Source: Leptolyngbyaceae cyanobacterium
Lineage (GTDB): Bacteria; Cyanobacteriota; Cyanobacteriia; Phormidesmidales; Phormidesmidaceae
NCBI GenBank assembly: GCA_965263355.1
Contig: CBDHHL010000056.1
Location: forward strand, 128,001 to 192,000
Direction: 5' to 3'
Length of the DNA stretch: 64,000 bases
How positions within the stretch are numbered: the first letter of the stretch is position 1; every line of letters starts with the position of its first letter. The position numbers and the translations under genes are program-made. Below, piece by piece: positions 54,002-64,000 of the stretch. The notes under the pieces are model-generated. The model worked only from the letters and a program-made list of their open reading frames with translations. It was not told the origin of the DNA and did no database searches.

Positions 54002-55648
54002 TTAAGGTGATGGATTAACGCTTATCAGTCCACGATAGAACGGATATTTACCAAAGGTACCCAATGATCTAAAGGATATGCTCATTGCACCTTCATCGTC
54101 ACCTAGCTGTTTTGAGGTCAGGATGCCCTCATTGGGCGTAGCGCAGGGGACCGCTGGCTCACAAATGTATAAAAAGGATGACTCTCCCTGGTTAACTAGT
54201 TCCGCAGCTAGTTGCCTGACGGCCTCATGGGTTTCAGTGCGGAAAAATGTCTTAAATCGAAGGCTGGGCCAAAGCTGATGGGCTACCTGCTGTTGTGATA
54301 TGGCTACCCAGCGTTCGTTGTAGTGGGCCAGGGCCGCAATCGCTGGGGCAACAGGGGCATGGTTACTGGGTAGGGAGATGGAGTTGGTTTGTTGATCGCG
54401 GTAGACGTGCAATCCACCTTTGATAACGTTGATATGAAACCCCAAGGCCATCACTAGGGCAAGGGCGATCAGTAGTACCTGACGTTTTTGGCGCACTGAC
54501 CACAGGTGTTGCAGGCCAGCGGCGACCATTAGACCGGTCATGGGCACCAAAATAAGGTACAGTCTGGGACCCCATTGCATATCTGCGGTTCCCGATGGAG
54601 CGATTAGGGGAACTGCGATCGCAAATAACCCGCCGATAGTCATCAACACGATGCCCGTAGCCCGAGCCCGTCCCTGCATAAACCAAGGTAGTCCCAGGGC
54701 TAATACAACAGCCGGAAAATACCGCAGCAGTGAGATGATCATAAAACCATAGTTCTGCCAGATTTGAACACTCCGTTGTCCAATAGATGAACTCCCTTGC
54801 AGGCCATATATACCCAAGAAACGGCCATACATGACACCGTTAATTCCTAATAGACCAAGTATGGTTAAGGCCATTGCGCCAGTGAAGGCGACTACTAAAC
54901 CTAGGGTTAAGCCCCGAGGGATAATCCCCTTTAACTGGGCAGGGAGCCAAGGGCAACGGCTGGCCATAACAGTGACAGCCAAAATCAGACCTAAACATAT
55001 AAATTCTGGTCGAAACCATAGGGCCAGCCCAACGCAGACACCGTCAACCATCGCTTCATTCAAACTGATGCGATGGTTTTGTCCCTCCGGTAAGACATGA
55101 AGTAATAGGCCCGACAGCCCCCAAAACGCTAAGGCAGTCGCCAGGGTATGCTCCCAGTACATGGCCCCATAGAGAGTTAACGGTGAGGCCAAAATTACCA
55201 GTCCCATGCCTAGGGCCGTGATTGCTGAATGGATTCGCCACACTCGACACACTTGCCATAGCCGCAGCCAGGTAACCCATAACGATACCAGGGGCACCAC
55301 ATAAAGACCGTGGTAACCCATCAGCTTATAAAACGAGGCCGTAATTGCAGGAAACGTAAATGGAAAGGTGATAAAGTAAGTGCCCTGCTGCTCGTAAACA
55401 TAGGGGGGAGCCAATGGATAAAGCCCCTGTTGCCATAGGATTTTCACCCAAGTTGGTTGGGAAATATCCAGAGATGTTTGCAATTTACCTGTACTAAATT
55501 GCTGCGCCAATAGGGCTTTTAACCCGGCATCACTGCTAAAAAATACTCCGTCGCGGTTGTAGATCTGCAGTCCTAGACTTAACCCTATTCCTAGTAGGAA
55601 AACAAGCCCAGGTAATACCCAGGACAGCCACTTCCTCGATTTGAACAT
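54002..55648 (-). CDS. Multi-TM putative GT-C glycosyltransferase
   Basis: SSDAGLK, MYWEHT, WFRPE, QWGPRLY; many TMs. Confidence 0.6.
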   Translation of the reverse strand: MFKSRKWLSWVLPGLVFLLGIGLSLGLQIYNRDGVFFSSDAGLKALLAQQFSTGKLQTSLDISQPTWVKILWQQGLYPLAPPYVYEQQGTYFITFPFTFPAITASFYKLMGYHGLYVVPLVSLWVTWLRLWQVCRVWRIHSAITALGMGLVILASPLTLYGAMYWEHTLATALAFWGLSGLLLHVLPEGQNHRISLNEAMVDGVCVGLALWFRPEFICLGLILAVTVMASRCPWLPAQLKGIIPRGLTLGLVVAFTGAMALTILGLLGINGVMYGRFLGIYGLQGSSSIGQRSVQIWQNYGFMIISLLRYFPAVVLALGLPWFMQGRARATGIVLMTIGGLFAIAVPLIAPSGTADMQWGPRLYLILVPMTGLMVAAGLQHLWSVRQKRQVLLIALALVMALGFHINVIKGGLHVYRDQQTNSISLPSNHAPVAPAIAALAHYNERWVAISQQQVAHQLWPSLRFKTFFRTETHEAVRQLAAELVNQGESSFLYICEPAVPCATPNEGILTSKQLGDDEGAMSISFRSLGTFGKYPFYRGLISVNPSP

Positions 55649-55850
55649 TACATAGCCAGATTGAATAGTCAGATTGAAGGCTCAATTGTAACTAGTGTTA
55701 CTAAAGCTGTGCTTAGCAACAATATCTACAGGCAAGGCCTCAGCTAAAACCTGAGACTATCCAAGTTCAACGAAGGCGATATCCGATCTCAGTAAAGACA
55801 GCCGTGGATTATCCTACTCTTTAAGATCACCCTATTTATGCAAAGCTTTT

Positions 55851-56657
55851 CTAAGGAAGAGCAACGTGACCCACTACCTGAGTCGTGGCAAACAGTTGTT
55901 GAGCTTGCCAAAATACATAGGCTGACATCACGGCTAAAAAGATCCTGAAAATCAATTTCACAATCTTATCCGGTAGTTTTGGTAAGAAACGAGCACTCAA
56001 ACGCACACCAAATAAACTACCTGTTCCTAAAATCAGACCTGGGGCAATTAGCAGATTGCCCTTGCTGGCATGTACGATACTGGCAAATAGGGCCACAATA
56101 ACTAACACACCTAAGCTAGTTTGGATGGCTTCTTTAATGTGTCGCCCTAATAACAGCATTTGCAACGTGATCATCACGATGCCACCACCTACGCCTAGAA
56201 TTCCGGTCAGTAGCCCAGCAATACTACCAACCAGTAATTCAGATACTAAGGGGCTTAAGGATAACGCGTGAGTTTTTTTGTCTTTGATGGCTAAGCGTTG
56301 TCGACAATCAATCAAGTAAATATTAGCTAACAAAAATATCCCAAACATCAGCAAGATGATGTGAGGTGGGATGTTTGTGGCTATGCGTACACCGATCTGA
56401 GCTGTGACTAGCGCAGGCACTGCTAAATAGATTACCCGAGTCAAATCAAGGCAACCCATTCTCCAGTTTTGAATGCTACCTGCAAATGCTGTAATGGTAA
56501 TCGCCAAGCTACTGGTAGCGACCACCTTAATCGGGGCATAGCCAAGGGTAATCATTAGAGGGACCAGAATGATGCCGCCGCCAATGCCCAGTAGTCCGGC
56601 CAACATTCCTGTCACCACACCGCCGCTGGCCAATAATAGCCAACTTTCTAATACCAT
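55851..56657 (-). CDS. TauE/SafE-family permease
   Basis: Duplicated GLLGIGGG / GILGVGGG motifs, ATSS / QTSL. Confidence 0.85.
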   Translation of the reverse strand: MVLESWLLLASGGVVTGMLAGLLGIGGGIILVPLMITLGYAPIKVVATSSLAITITAFAGSIQNWRMGCLDLTRVIYLAVPALVTAQIGVRIATNIPPHIILLMFGIFLLANIYLIDCRQRLAIKDKKTHALSLSPLVSELLVGSIAGLLTGILGVGGGIVMITLQMLLLGRHIKEAIQTSLGVLVIVALFASIVHASKGNLLIAPGLILGTGSLFGVRLSARFLPKLPDKIVKLIFRIFLAVMSAYVFWQAQQLFATTQVVGHVALP

Positions 56658-56828
56658 TTGTAGAGCACCTTGTAACTTGATCAAGCGTGCATGCACACTT
56701 GGACGTTTTCAGATTGGTTATAAACCCATTGTTGGGAATCCATTGCAGATAGCCACCTGTCAGCGTTTTTACGGACAGATGGCTATCGACAAGGCTTTAA
56801 TCTACCCATATTGGGTAAGGTTTTGTAG

Positions 56829-56903
56829 CTAAACCATGTCCACGTTCAAACCTGTAGATTCTTCGCCGGAAAAACGACCGGTCTATACCTGGACAAGGTT
56901 TAA
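56829..56903 (-). repeat. ~74-bp MITE-like family, copy 4 (inverted)
   Basis: CTAAACCATGTCCA ... TGGACAAGGTTTAA; reverse complement aligns with the 38690 copy. Confidence 0.6.
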
Positions 56904-56919
56904 TACATCAGGTAACCCC

Positions 56920-58092
56920 TTAGACCAAAGCAGGTGATTGCATAGACTCAACTAGAATCTCAGCAATCTCGGGGCGAGTGAACTCGGCAGGGGGCCTCTT
57001 GCCTTCCTTAAGCATGGCTCGCACTTTGGTACCGGAAAGGTGAATGCGATCTTCTTTGGCACTGGGGCTAGTTTTGGCAGTGGCCATCCCCTTAGTCAGC
57101 TTGCAGTAGAAGGCATGCTCAAACTTAACAGGCTTAATCTTTAATTCGTCGGAATTAAATTCTTCAAACATTTTCTGGGCGTCATAGGTGCCGTAGTAGT
57201 CACCGACACCAGCATGGTCACGACCGACGATAAAGTGAGTGCAGCCATAGTTTTGACGTGCGATCGCATGCATAATCGCTTCCCGAGGACCGGCATAGCG
57301 CATAGCTGCAGGAAAGACACCCAACAAAGTGCGATCTTTAGGATAGTAAAGGCTCATGATCGTCTCGTAGCACTTCACTCGCACATCAGCGGGAATATCA
57401 TCAGCCTTAGTCATCCCCACCAATGGGTTAATAAAGAGTCCATCAACAGTCTCAAGGGCTGTCTTAGTGATGTACTCATGGGCTCGGTGAATAGGATTTC
57501 GAGTCTGGAAAGCAACAACAGTATTCCACTCGCGATTAGCAAACTCAAGTCGAGTCTGCACGGGACTTAAACGATACTGCTGAAAGTTATCGTAGGGAAC
57601 GTCGTTAACCAAAGAAATAGGCCCACCCAAGTAAACGGGCCCCTCAGCTTTCATCGCTTTCACACCAGGGTGGGCATCCTCAGTTGTGAGATACACCTGC
57701 TGCGCTTCATGGTCCTGGTCAGGGGTAAACTTGCTCTCAACCGTCATCACCGCCAGAATGTCTCCGTTGGGATGGGCAAGGGCAATCTGACTATCCAGAC
57801 GGCACTTTTCAGCCTCTGATTCAGGGATTTGCAATGTTACAGGAATGGACCATGCCAGCCCATTGCTGAGACGCATATTATTAACAATAAGATTGTACTC
57901 AGCTTCAGTTACAAACCCTTCCAAAGGGCTGTAAATACCCGTAGCAATACACTGTAAATCAGCAATGTTGCGCTTCGAAAGCGTAATCCGTGGCAGCGCA
58001 TGGGCCTTTTCAAATGTATCCTGACGTTCGTTGCCCTCTAAAGCACGATTAACCAACTGCTGACCATGGGGCTCAATCAAACCTAAAGACAT
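56920..58092 (-). CDS. sat: Sulfate adenylyltransferase
   Basis: FQTRNPIHRAHE, MRYAGPREA, VGRDHAG, LSGTKVR. Confidence 0.95.
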   Translation of the reverse strand: MSLGLIEPHGQQLVNRALEGNERQDTFEKAHALPRITLSKRNIADLQCIATGIYSPLEGFVTEAEYNLIVNNMRLSNGLAWSIPVTLQIPESEAEKCRLDSQIALAHPNGDILAVMTVESKFTPDQDHEAQQVYLTTEDAHPGVKAMKAEGPVYLGGPISLVNDVPYDNFQQYRLSPVQTRLEFANREWNTVVAFQTRNPIHRAHEYITKTALETVDGLFINPLVGMTKADDIPADVRVKCYETIMSLYYPKDRTLLGVFPAAMRYAGPREAIMHAIARQNYGCTHFIVGRDHAGVGDYYGTYDAQKMFEEFNSDELKIKPVKFEHAFYCKLTKGMATAKTSPSAKEDRIHLSGTKVRAMLKEGKRPPAEFTRPEIAEILVESMQSPALV

Positions 58093-58178
58093 AATGCAAC
58101 TCCACTGCGTCTCTTCGTCTACTTAACAATCTCAACAATCGAAAGCTAAATACCCAACTCAAATCTCTAGCTGACCAT

Positions 58179-58514
58179 TTACAGAAAATCCAAATCAGGA
58201 TTCTGACTCAAAATTTCGAGCGCTTGCTTAGTCTCGGATACCTCGTGGTTAAACACATCTTTCAAAAAGCGACTATAGGCCGTATAAACCGCCTCAGTCC
58301 CATCCTCTCGCTCAACGATAAAAAATGGAGCTGATTCCACACTATGCTGCACAGCAAGCTTAAATCCCTCACTTCCAGGATTTCTTTCATCAGCAGCAAC
58401 AACTCGGCCAATTGACCGCAACAGTCCTAAATTTTCTAATTCTGAAAGTACATCAGCGGACTTCCGACAAGGATTACCATCTGATTTGACCTTCTTGACC
58501 ATTGTGATATTCAT
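58179..58514 (-). CDS. Small thioredoxin-like hypothetical protein (CxxS)
   Basis: PCRKS motif, APFF cis-Pro-like motif; inside the operon. Confidence 0.5.
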   Translation of the reverse strand: MNITMVKKVKSDGNPCRKSADVLSELENLGLLRSIGRVVAADERNPGSEGFKLAVQHSVESAPFFIVEREDGTEAVYTAYSRFLKDVFNHEVSETKQALEILSQNPDLDFL

Positions 58515-58613
58515 TTATTGACGCTTCCTGGTATTGATGTGCTAACCCACACCCATAATTTAATTCAAAGTAATCAATTTTGGATGCGGGGAAGATTTAT
58601 TAAAACAGAACCA

Positions 58614-59363
58614 CTAGTTCGCTTTCTCTGAATTTATGGAATGAAATCCACACTCTTTCTCAGCACTATTCTCCCACCACCAGCGGCCTTCACGCTCATG
58701 TTGACCAGGCAACACAGCTATTGTGCAAGGTTCACAACCAATGCTAACAAATCCTTTCTGATGAAGTTCATTGAAAGGCACTTTGTTAAAACGGATGTAC
58801 TTCCAAACCTGGGCAGAGGACCAATTTGCTAACGGATTAAATTTGACTAATGAATGCCCTGGCGTTGAGAAAGCTGTATCAGCTTGAATCACTGGAATAC
58901 TTGCACGAGTATCGGGGCTCTGGTCCTTACGTTGGCCAGTTACCCAAGCATCAACATCGGCTAACTTCCGACGCAAAGAGTCAACTTTGCGAATAGCACA
59001 ACACTCCTTATGACCATCCTTATAGAAACTAAACATCCCCTTTGCCTTAACCAGCGCCTCAACCTTTGCTGTATCAGGGAAGAGAACCTCAATCTCCAGA
59101 TTGTACTTTTCCCTCACCTTCTCTAAAAACTGGTAAGTTTCTTTATGAAGACGACCAGTGTCAATCGTAAACACCTTAATATCATCGCGAACCTTAGTCG
59201 CCATATCAATCAGAACGACGTCCTCTGCTCCACTAAAGGAAAGTGCGATATTCTCAAACTGCCCTAGAGCAAACTCAAGAACTTGCATCGGAGACTTTTC
59301 TGCATATTTCTCCTGCAGCGCTTCAATATCTAAGCCCTGCTGCTTTACCGGGGTCTGAACCAT
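58614..59363 (-). CDS. cysH: APS reductase ([4Fe-4S]-type CysH)
   Basis: SFSGAED, ECCAIRK, SIGCEPCT, REGRWWWE, ECGFH. Confidence 0.9.
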   Translation of the reverse strand: MVQTPVKQQGLDIEALQEKYAEKSPMQVLEFALGQFENIALSFSGAEDVVLIDMATKVRDDIKVFTIDTGRLHKETYQFLEKVREKYNLEIEVLFPDTAKVEALVKAKGMFSFYKDGHKECCAIRKVDSLRRKLADVDAWVTGQRKDQSPDTRASIPVIQADTAFSTPGHSLVKFNPLANWSSAQVWKYIRFNKVPFNELHQKGFVSIGCEPCTIAVLPGQHEREGRWWWENSAEKECGFHSINSEKAN

Positions 59364-59384
59364 AACCTATGTTTCTCCTCTCAA

Positions 59385-60479
59385 TTAAGCAATTGCTTGA
59401 AGTTTACTCTGCTGAGAAATTTCTGGACGCTGATCTTGAGAATTTGCCAAGCGTTGCTTGAGCATACCAAGATAATCAGCCCGGAACTGTCTTAGCTGAT
59501 AATCCTGAGGATCATCCGCCTTTAAATCCATCCAAGCCTTACGCTTGCCCAGAGCACTTCGTTCTTTGGCAGCGTCAATCATCTCATCAGTAACGGTAGT
59601 GGAGGCAGATGTCATGCGTCCATAGCCATAGAGATCCATATAGTCCTTGGTGACTGTCTCAATAATTTCAATCTCTTCGGTACTTAATGCCTGTTTGAAT
59701 TTGTCAATGTTGGCAGAGATGGGGGCAAAACAGTTGTTTTCCCACAGGGCGGATCTGCCCGCAATACTTTGAGCCTCTTGTGATGAAGAAATGTCCAACA
59801 TTGTCGGCAAAAACTCAATGCCAAAAAACTCACATACCTTTCGAAGAACAGCCTCCTGACTCATCAAAAAGTCCTCATAACGGATTGTGAGCACTCGATC
59901 AGGAAACTTTTCAGCAAGCGTCTTAGCCGCATCATGAGCCCTAACCCATGTCAAGCTATTTAATAACGCATCAAAGTCATGGATTATGGCACGATTAATG
60001 CTACAAATCTGCGCCCTGGGGTCTCTCACAACATTCAAGAACAACATGTCATCAAAGAGAGAAATCAGATCTGACGCATAATGAATATTGTCTAAGGACT
60101 TATCCATCACAACTTTCGCATCGTTCTGTTCCCCTGCTTGGAATAGCATTTCCCAAGCAATCATGTGAACATTTCGAGGCTTGTCCTTAACAGCTTCAAA
60201 AATACTGACAGGATCGAGAGCCACCTTGTCCCACTTAACCATTGTCGAATTTTGCAAACCCACCAAATCAATTGCTAATTGGAAGTAATTCCAATCATCA
60301 GCAAGATCTCCATAAGCAGGTACCAGTGGCATAAAATCCACTATGTGCATAGGATACGGTGAATAAAAATCTGAACTAACATTTAACCGCAGACGTAGTG
60401 CATGACTGCCACACCGCCTAATCGGAATCATTAGAACAGGAGTAGGCCGTTTCCCTTGCACACCAATTCCCTGAGACAT
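59385..60479 (-). CDS. Sulfotransferase family protein
   Basis: IRRCGSHALR, DKS, VRDPRAQ..S, IRYED. Confidence 0.8.
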   Translation of the reverse strand: MSQGIGVQGKRPTPVLMIPIRRCGSHALRLRLNVSSDFYSPYPMHIVDFMPLVPAYGDLADDWNYFQLAIDLVGLQNSTMVKWDKVALDPVSIFEAVKDKPRNVHMIAWEMLFQAGEQNDAKVVMDKSLDNIHYASDLISLFDDMLFLNVVRDPRAQICSINRAIIHDFDALLNSLTWVRAHDAAKTLAEKFPDRVLTIRYEDFLMSQEAVLRKVCEFFGIEFLPTMLDISSSQEAQSIAGRSALWENNCFAPISANIDKFKQALSTEEIEIIETVTKDYMDLYGYGRMTSASTTVTDEMIDAAKERSALGKRKAWMDLKADDPQDYQLRQFRADYLGMLKQRLANSQDQRPEISQQSKLQAIA

Positions 60480-61482
60480 AGATGCAATCTCCTAAAAACC
60501 AGAAATCATTATTTGTACGCTATAAGCCTGAACATGCAGATAGGCTCAACTATACCCCCGATAAATATCGAAACCATTTCTAGGGCAAACTAGAGCATTC
60601 TTCTGCAGATGCTAGAAAGATATACCACCACGCATTGGTAACCTCCTAAAAAATCATAAAATGCACTAAGGACAGTACTGCTTCGCTATATCAATTTTAC
60701 ATGTGTGAAAATCTTTGAAAGATAATAAAACCTCTAGAACCACGCTAATTCAACTATTTTTGAAAAGTGACCCAGGAATCTGACTGCTGATTAAGGAATA
60801 CGATTAAATATATCAGAAATATATCAGATAAATACTTTAATCAGGTGGACCCCCTAGTCACCAAACTATTAAACATCAAACAGATCTAGCAAAAATGATT
60901 ATAAATGAACTAATTACCAGACCAATAAACTGGCGGTGTTGAAAAAACTTTGAAATTGATAAAATGCCTAACTCATCAAAAATTTGAAAAAAATCGCTAG
61001 CTCAGATATACTGAAAGATTAGTCTCGTGACGTACATACAACCTTTCTTAAAGAAATGAGAAGCTTGCGAAGCGTAGAAAACCTGTAAGACGGTAAAAGT
61101 TTAAGTACCTACTTGATAGATTTCCTAGAAACGAACACTCTCTTTGCATAATCTTAGCATTTATTTATTAACTCTTAAATTACGGATTTAAGGCTATTAT
61201 TCCTTCAAGTTATTTGCTGTCTTTTGTGATACATAACAATAGGGTTATTATCTATGCAGTCCCATTGATTACTATCTGTTCAAAGGGTCTAAAAGCTGGT
61301 TTTGCTATGCCTATATTGAAGCAAAGGTAGACTCTCAAAGCTTTGATTCTAGGTGTATGTACCCTTACGTACGTATATAACTATACTTTCGACTATTGGC
61401 TTTTCCAGTACAGAATGTAGGGGCAAATCAGCCTTCAAATATTTATACGACTTGTGTGAACCAGTGCAACATAAAAAATGAA

Positions 61483-61514
61483 CCACGAGCATTTCCTTGA
61501 GGTTTTGCTCGTGG
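61483..61514 (-). terminator. Intrinsic terminator after cheW
   Basis: CCACGAGCA...TGCTCGTGG stem followed on - strand by TTCATTTTTT. Confidence 0.55.
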
Positions 61515-61550
61515 CTATTGCTGTATTAAGCTAAGCTGGCTATCAAATTA

Positions 61551-62135
61551 CTAGATAGTGGGCGGCAACAAAGGTTGCGTGCGTAAAAGTTGCTCTGGAT
61601 TTAAGAGAAATAGAATAGGTTGATTGTCAGACTGAACAATTAACCCACTAACGCATTGAATATTTACTCTGGCTGCATAATTAGACGGTAGTGGTACGAT
61701 TTCCGACTGGGCAAACCGTCGTACAGTTGGAGATGATACAACCGGCAAACCAAATAATTCTTCCTGACGATTGCGAATAATTAGTAGATATCCGCTAGCA
61801 GACGGCGACTCTGACACCTGCTCTAACCACTGACTAGAGCGTCGTGCTCTCGGATTTTCTAATGGAAGACTCACTGGACTCGCGTGATTACCAAGATTGC
61901 CAAAAACTTGATGGCTGATATCCAGAACCAGTAGTTCTTTACCTTCGTAGACGGTTAATCCTGTACCAGAATTATTATAATTACCTTGGGTGTCGCTTTG
62001 GGGTACAACTTTTTTAACGGCAAAAATTGGTAACGCAAACCATTCATGTTGAATTTGGAAAACGATCACCTGCTGAGTCGTTTCACTTTTGTGAGTTCTT
62101 AGACGGCGAGACTTTAAGGGAGATAGAATAGCCAT
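61551..62135 (-). CDS. cheW: CheW-like protein
   Basis: IVFQIQHEWFALPI..VKKV; follows the CheA-like gene. Confidence 0.75.
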   Translation of the reverse strand: MAILSPLKSRRLRTHKSETTQQVIVFQIQHEWFALPIFAVKKVVPQSDTQGNYNNSGTGLTVYEGKELLVLDISHQVFGNLGNHASPVSLPLENPRARRSSQWLEQVSESPSASGYLLIIRNRQEELFGLPVVSSPTVRRFAQSEIVPLPSNYAARVNIQCVSGLIVQSDNQPILFLLNPEQLLRTQPLLPPTI

Positions 62136-62143
62136 AGGGATTT

Positions 62144-64000
62144 TTACACTGCACTAAGGGATTCTTTTTTAAGTACCTGCTCAATCATTTGCAGAAGCTC
62201 ATGATCCTGATAAGGTTTAGTGATATAGGCATTTGCGCCCAATCTCATAGCAAGCTGGCGATGTTTTTCGCTACCGCGAGAGGTCAGCATAATAATGGGT
62301 AAGTTCTTGAGTCTAGAATCAGCTTTTACCTCTGCCAACACACCGTATCCATCTAGTCGAGGCATTTCAATATCACAGACAATTGCGTCAACAGTTAATC
62401 CCCCGAGCAATTGGTCTACGGCATCCTGACCATCTTTGCCCTGTTCTACGCTGTACCCAGCCTGCTCTAGGGTTGTTCTCAGCAGCTGACGCATATTGAT
62501 AGAATCGTCAACTACCAAAATATTAGTTTGTTGAGCTTGGGGTAATGCTAGCTGTTGAGGTGGCTCTCGATCTGGACTAGGTTGGAGCAAATGCTGCCAA
62601 CGTTGGGGACTTCTAGGAGTAACCTCTTCTTCATCGTCGCTATCGATCCATTCCAATAATTTAGCAGCATCGGCTAAGGGCACTACATGACCATCTTCCA
62701 AAATGGTACAACCGTTAAAGCCTGGGGGTAAGCTGATCACATTTTCAACTTGTCGGATAACAACTTCTCGTTCTCCCCAAAAGCGTTCGATATAAATGCC
62801 AGTTAAACGTTCCCCACGATTGACAATCAGAATCGATGGCTCATTAATGATAGGTGTCGTTTCTGTTGTCGTTGGTCGCAACGGGCAGCGAAATTCTAGC
62901 CACTGTTCTAGATGAATCAAGGGTACTGTCAAACCTTCCCAATTAATGACTTTTTGATCTGGGGAATCAAAGACCTGTACAGCATTAAGGCGGATCATTT
63001 CTTCAATTCCATCGGTGGGAAATGCCAGTCGCATCCCACCACTTTCGACCAACAGAACTCGCATAATAGATAGAGTAAACGGCACACTGATAGTAAATGT
63101 TGTGCCTACTCCAGGCTGAGTATCAACTTTAATCTCACTTCGAATTTGTTCGAGGTTAGTGCGGACCACGTCCATACCAATACCTCTACCCGATAAGCTG
63201 GTAACTTGGGAAGCTGTGCTGAAGCCAGGCTCAAAAATCATACCGAGAAGTTCGCTCTGACTCATACTATCGAGCAGTTCATCTGTCAGACCCATCTGGT
63301 AGGCACGACTGCGGATTTTAGTCAGGTTAATGCCTGCCCCATCATCACTGATGGAAATTAGGGTTTGATTACCTCGATGAGCGGCGCGAATTTCAATTGT
63401 GCCTTGGGGGAGTTTACCCTGTGCTTGACGAGTTTCAGCATCTTCAATACCATGATCAAACGCATTTCGCAGCAGGTGCATGAGGGGGTCTCGGAGGTGC
63501 ACTGCAACAAAGCGATCAATTAGGGTAGCCCCACCAGCAATCTTTAACTCTACTGTTTTTCCATATTGTAAAGATAACTCTCGCACAGTCCTGGGAAAAC
63601 GTTCAACAAGATCAGATAAAGGTCGCATTCTAGCCCGCGTTACATTGATTTGTAGAGCTTTTGCGGTACGATTTAAGTTACTGGAGGCCTGCTTAATCTC
63701 TCGCATGTTAAGCTTTACATCACTTGTAACCTCTCGCAGCTGAACTAAGGTTTCTCGCTGATCTTGAGATAGCAGATGCAGATCACTGTAGCGATCAAGT
63801 TCTAAGCTATCAAATGAGTGTTCCGTTGAGGCAACTTGACCGATTGACTCATCAGCTGAGCTGTCTTGAAGAGGAAATGCCCCTGTGAAGGCTAATTGTG
63901 ATTTCAATGCCTGTTTTAGCTGGTTGGTCGCAGCTCCGTTGCCGGATTTTGAGCGAGGGACAGAGGTATCAATAGACAGCTGATTGCAAAACATCTGTAG
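62144..64000 (-). CDS. cheA: Hybrid CheA-like kinase (HATPase-CheW-receiver), 5' end outside the window
   Basis: HLLRNAFDHGIE, DDGAG, GRGIGMDVV, VVDDS, DIEMP. Confidence 0.9.
   Translation of the reverse strand, partial: LQMFCNQLSIDTSVPRSKSGNGAATNQLKQALKSQLAFTGAFPLQDSSADESIGQVASTEHSFDSLELDRYSDLHLLSQDQRETLVQLREVTSDVKLNMREIKQASSNLNRTAKALQINVTRARMRPLSDLVERFPRTVRELSLQYGKTVELKIAGGATLIDRFVAVHLRDPLMHLLRNAFDHGIEDAETRQAQGKLPQGTIEIRAAHRGNQTLISISDDGAGINLTKIRSRAYQMGLTDELLDSMSQSELLGMIFEPGFSTASQVTSLSGRGIGMDVVRTNLEQIRSEIKVDTQPGVGTTFTISVPFTLSIMRVLLVESGGMRLAFPTDGIEEMIRLNAVQVFDSPDQKVINWEGLTVPLIHLEQWLEFRCPLRPTTTETTPIINEPSILIVNRGERLTGIYIERFWGEREVVIRQVENVISLPPGFNGCTILEDGHVVPLADAAKLLEWIDSDDEEEVTPRSPQRWQHLLQPSPDREPPQQLALPQAQQTNILVVDDSINMRQLLRTTLEQAGYSVEQGKDGQDAVDQLLGGLTVDAIVCDIEMPRLDGYGVLAEVKADSRLKNLPIIMLTSRGSEKHRQLAMRLGANAYITKPYQDHELLQMIEQVLKKESLSAV

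Noticed and set aside
60480..61480. Possible ncRNA or riboswitch in the long AT-rich leader
   Set aside because: No convincing structure or recognisable motif by eye.

Overview
The window is chromosomal DNA from a cyanobacterium. Evidence: frequent HIP1 octamers (GCGATCGC), a chlL-ORF-chlN cluster and cyanobacterial-type aas/recQ; a filamentous Leptolyngbya-like host is an inference. Housekeeping genes (cysS-like, ilvE, aas, chlL/chlN, lepB, recQ, sat, cysH, cheW/cheA) alternate with two accessory tracts. Tract 1 (~4.3-12 kb) is a run of co-oriented cassette-like genes separated by attC-like palindromes, with no integrase in the window. One attC-like site is split by an IS110-family element. 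Its 5' non-coding end folds into a bridge-RNA-like structure whose loops match the element's reconstructed donor junction and target site. Unusually, it appears to have two tandem target-binding loops with different left guides plus one donor-binding loop. Tract 2 (~41.5-48.9 kb) holds a REP-associated tyrosine transposase with GTAG-type REPs, an ISAs1 element (8-bp TSD) inside a decayed CHAT/TIR-AAA_35 + AAA_35 gene pair, and a RelE-type TA module. Also notable: a DarB-type ketosynthase fused to a heme-oxygenase-like diiron domain, a C-terminally short CysRS behind a Zur-like box, a sulfotransferase-APS reductase-sat-TauE operon, a DM13 protein with 12 Cys-Pro repeats, and three MITE-like repeat families. 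Family names come from motif recognition only; no database searches were run.
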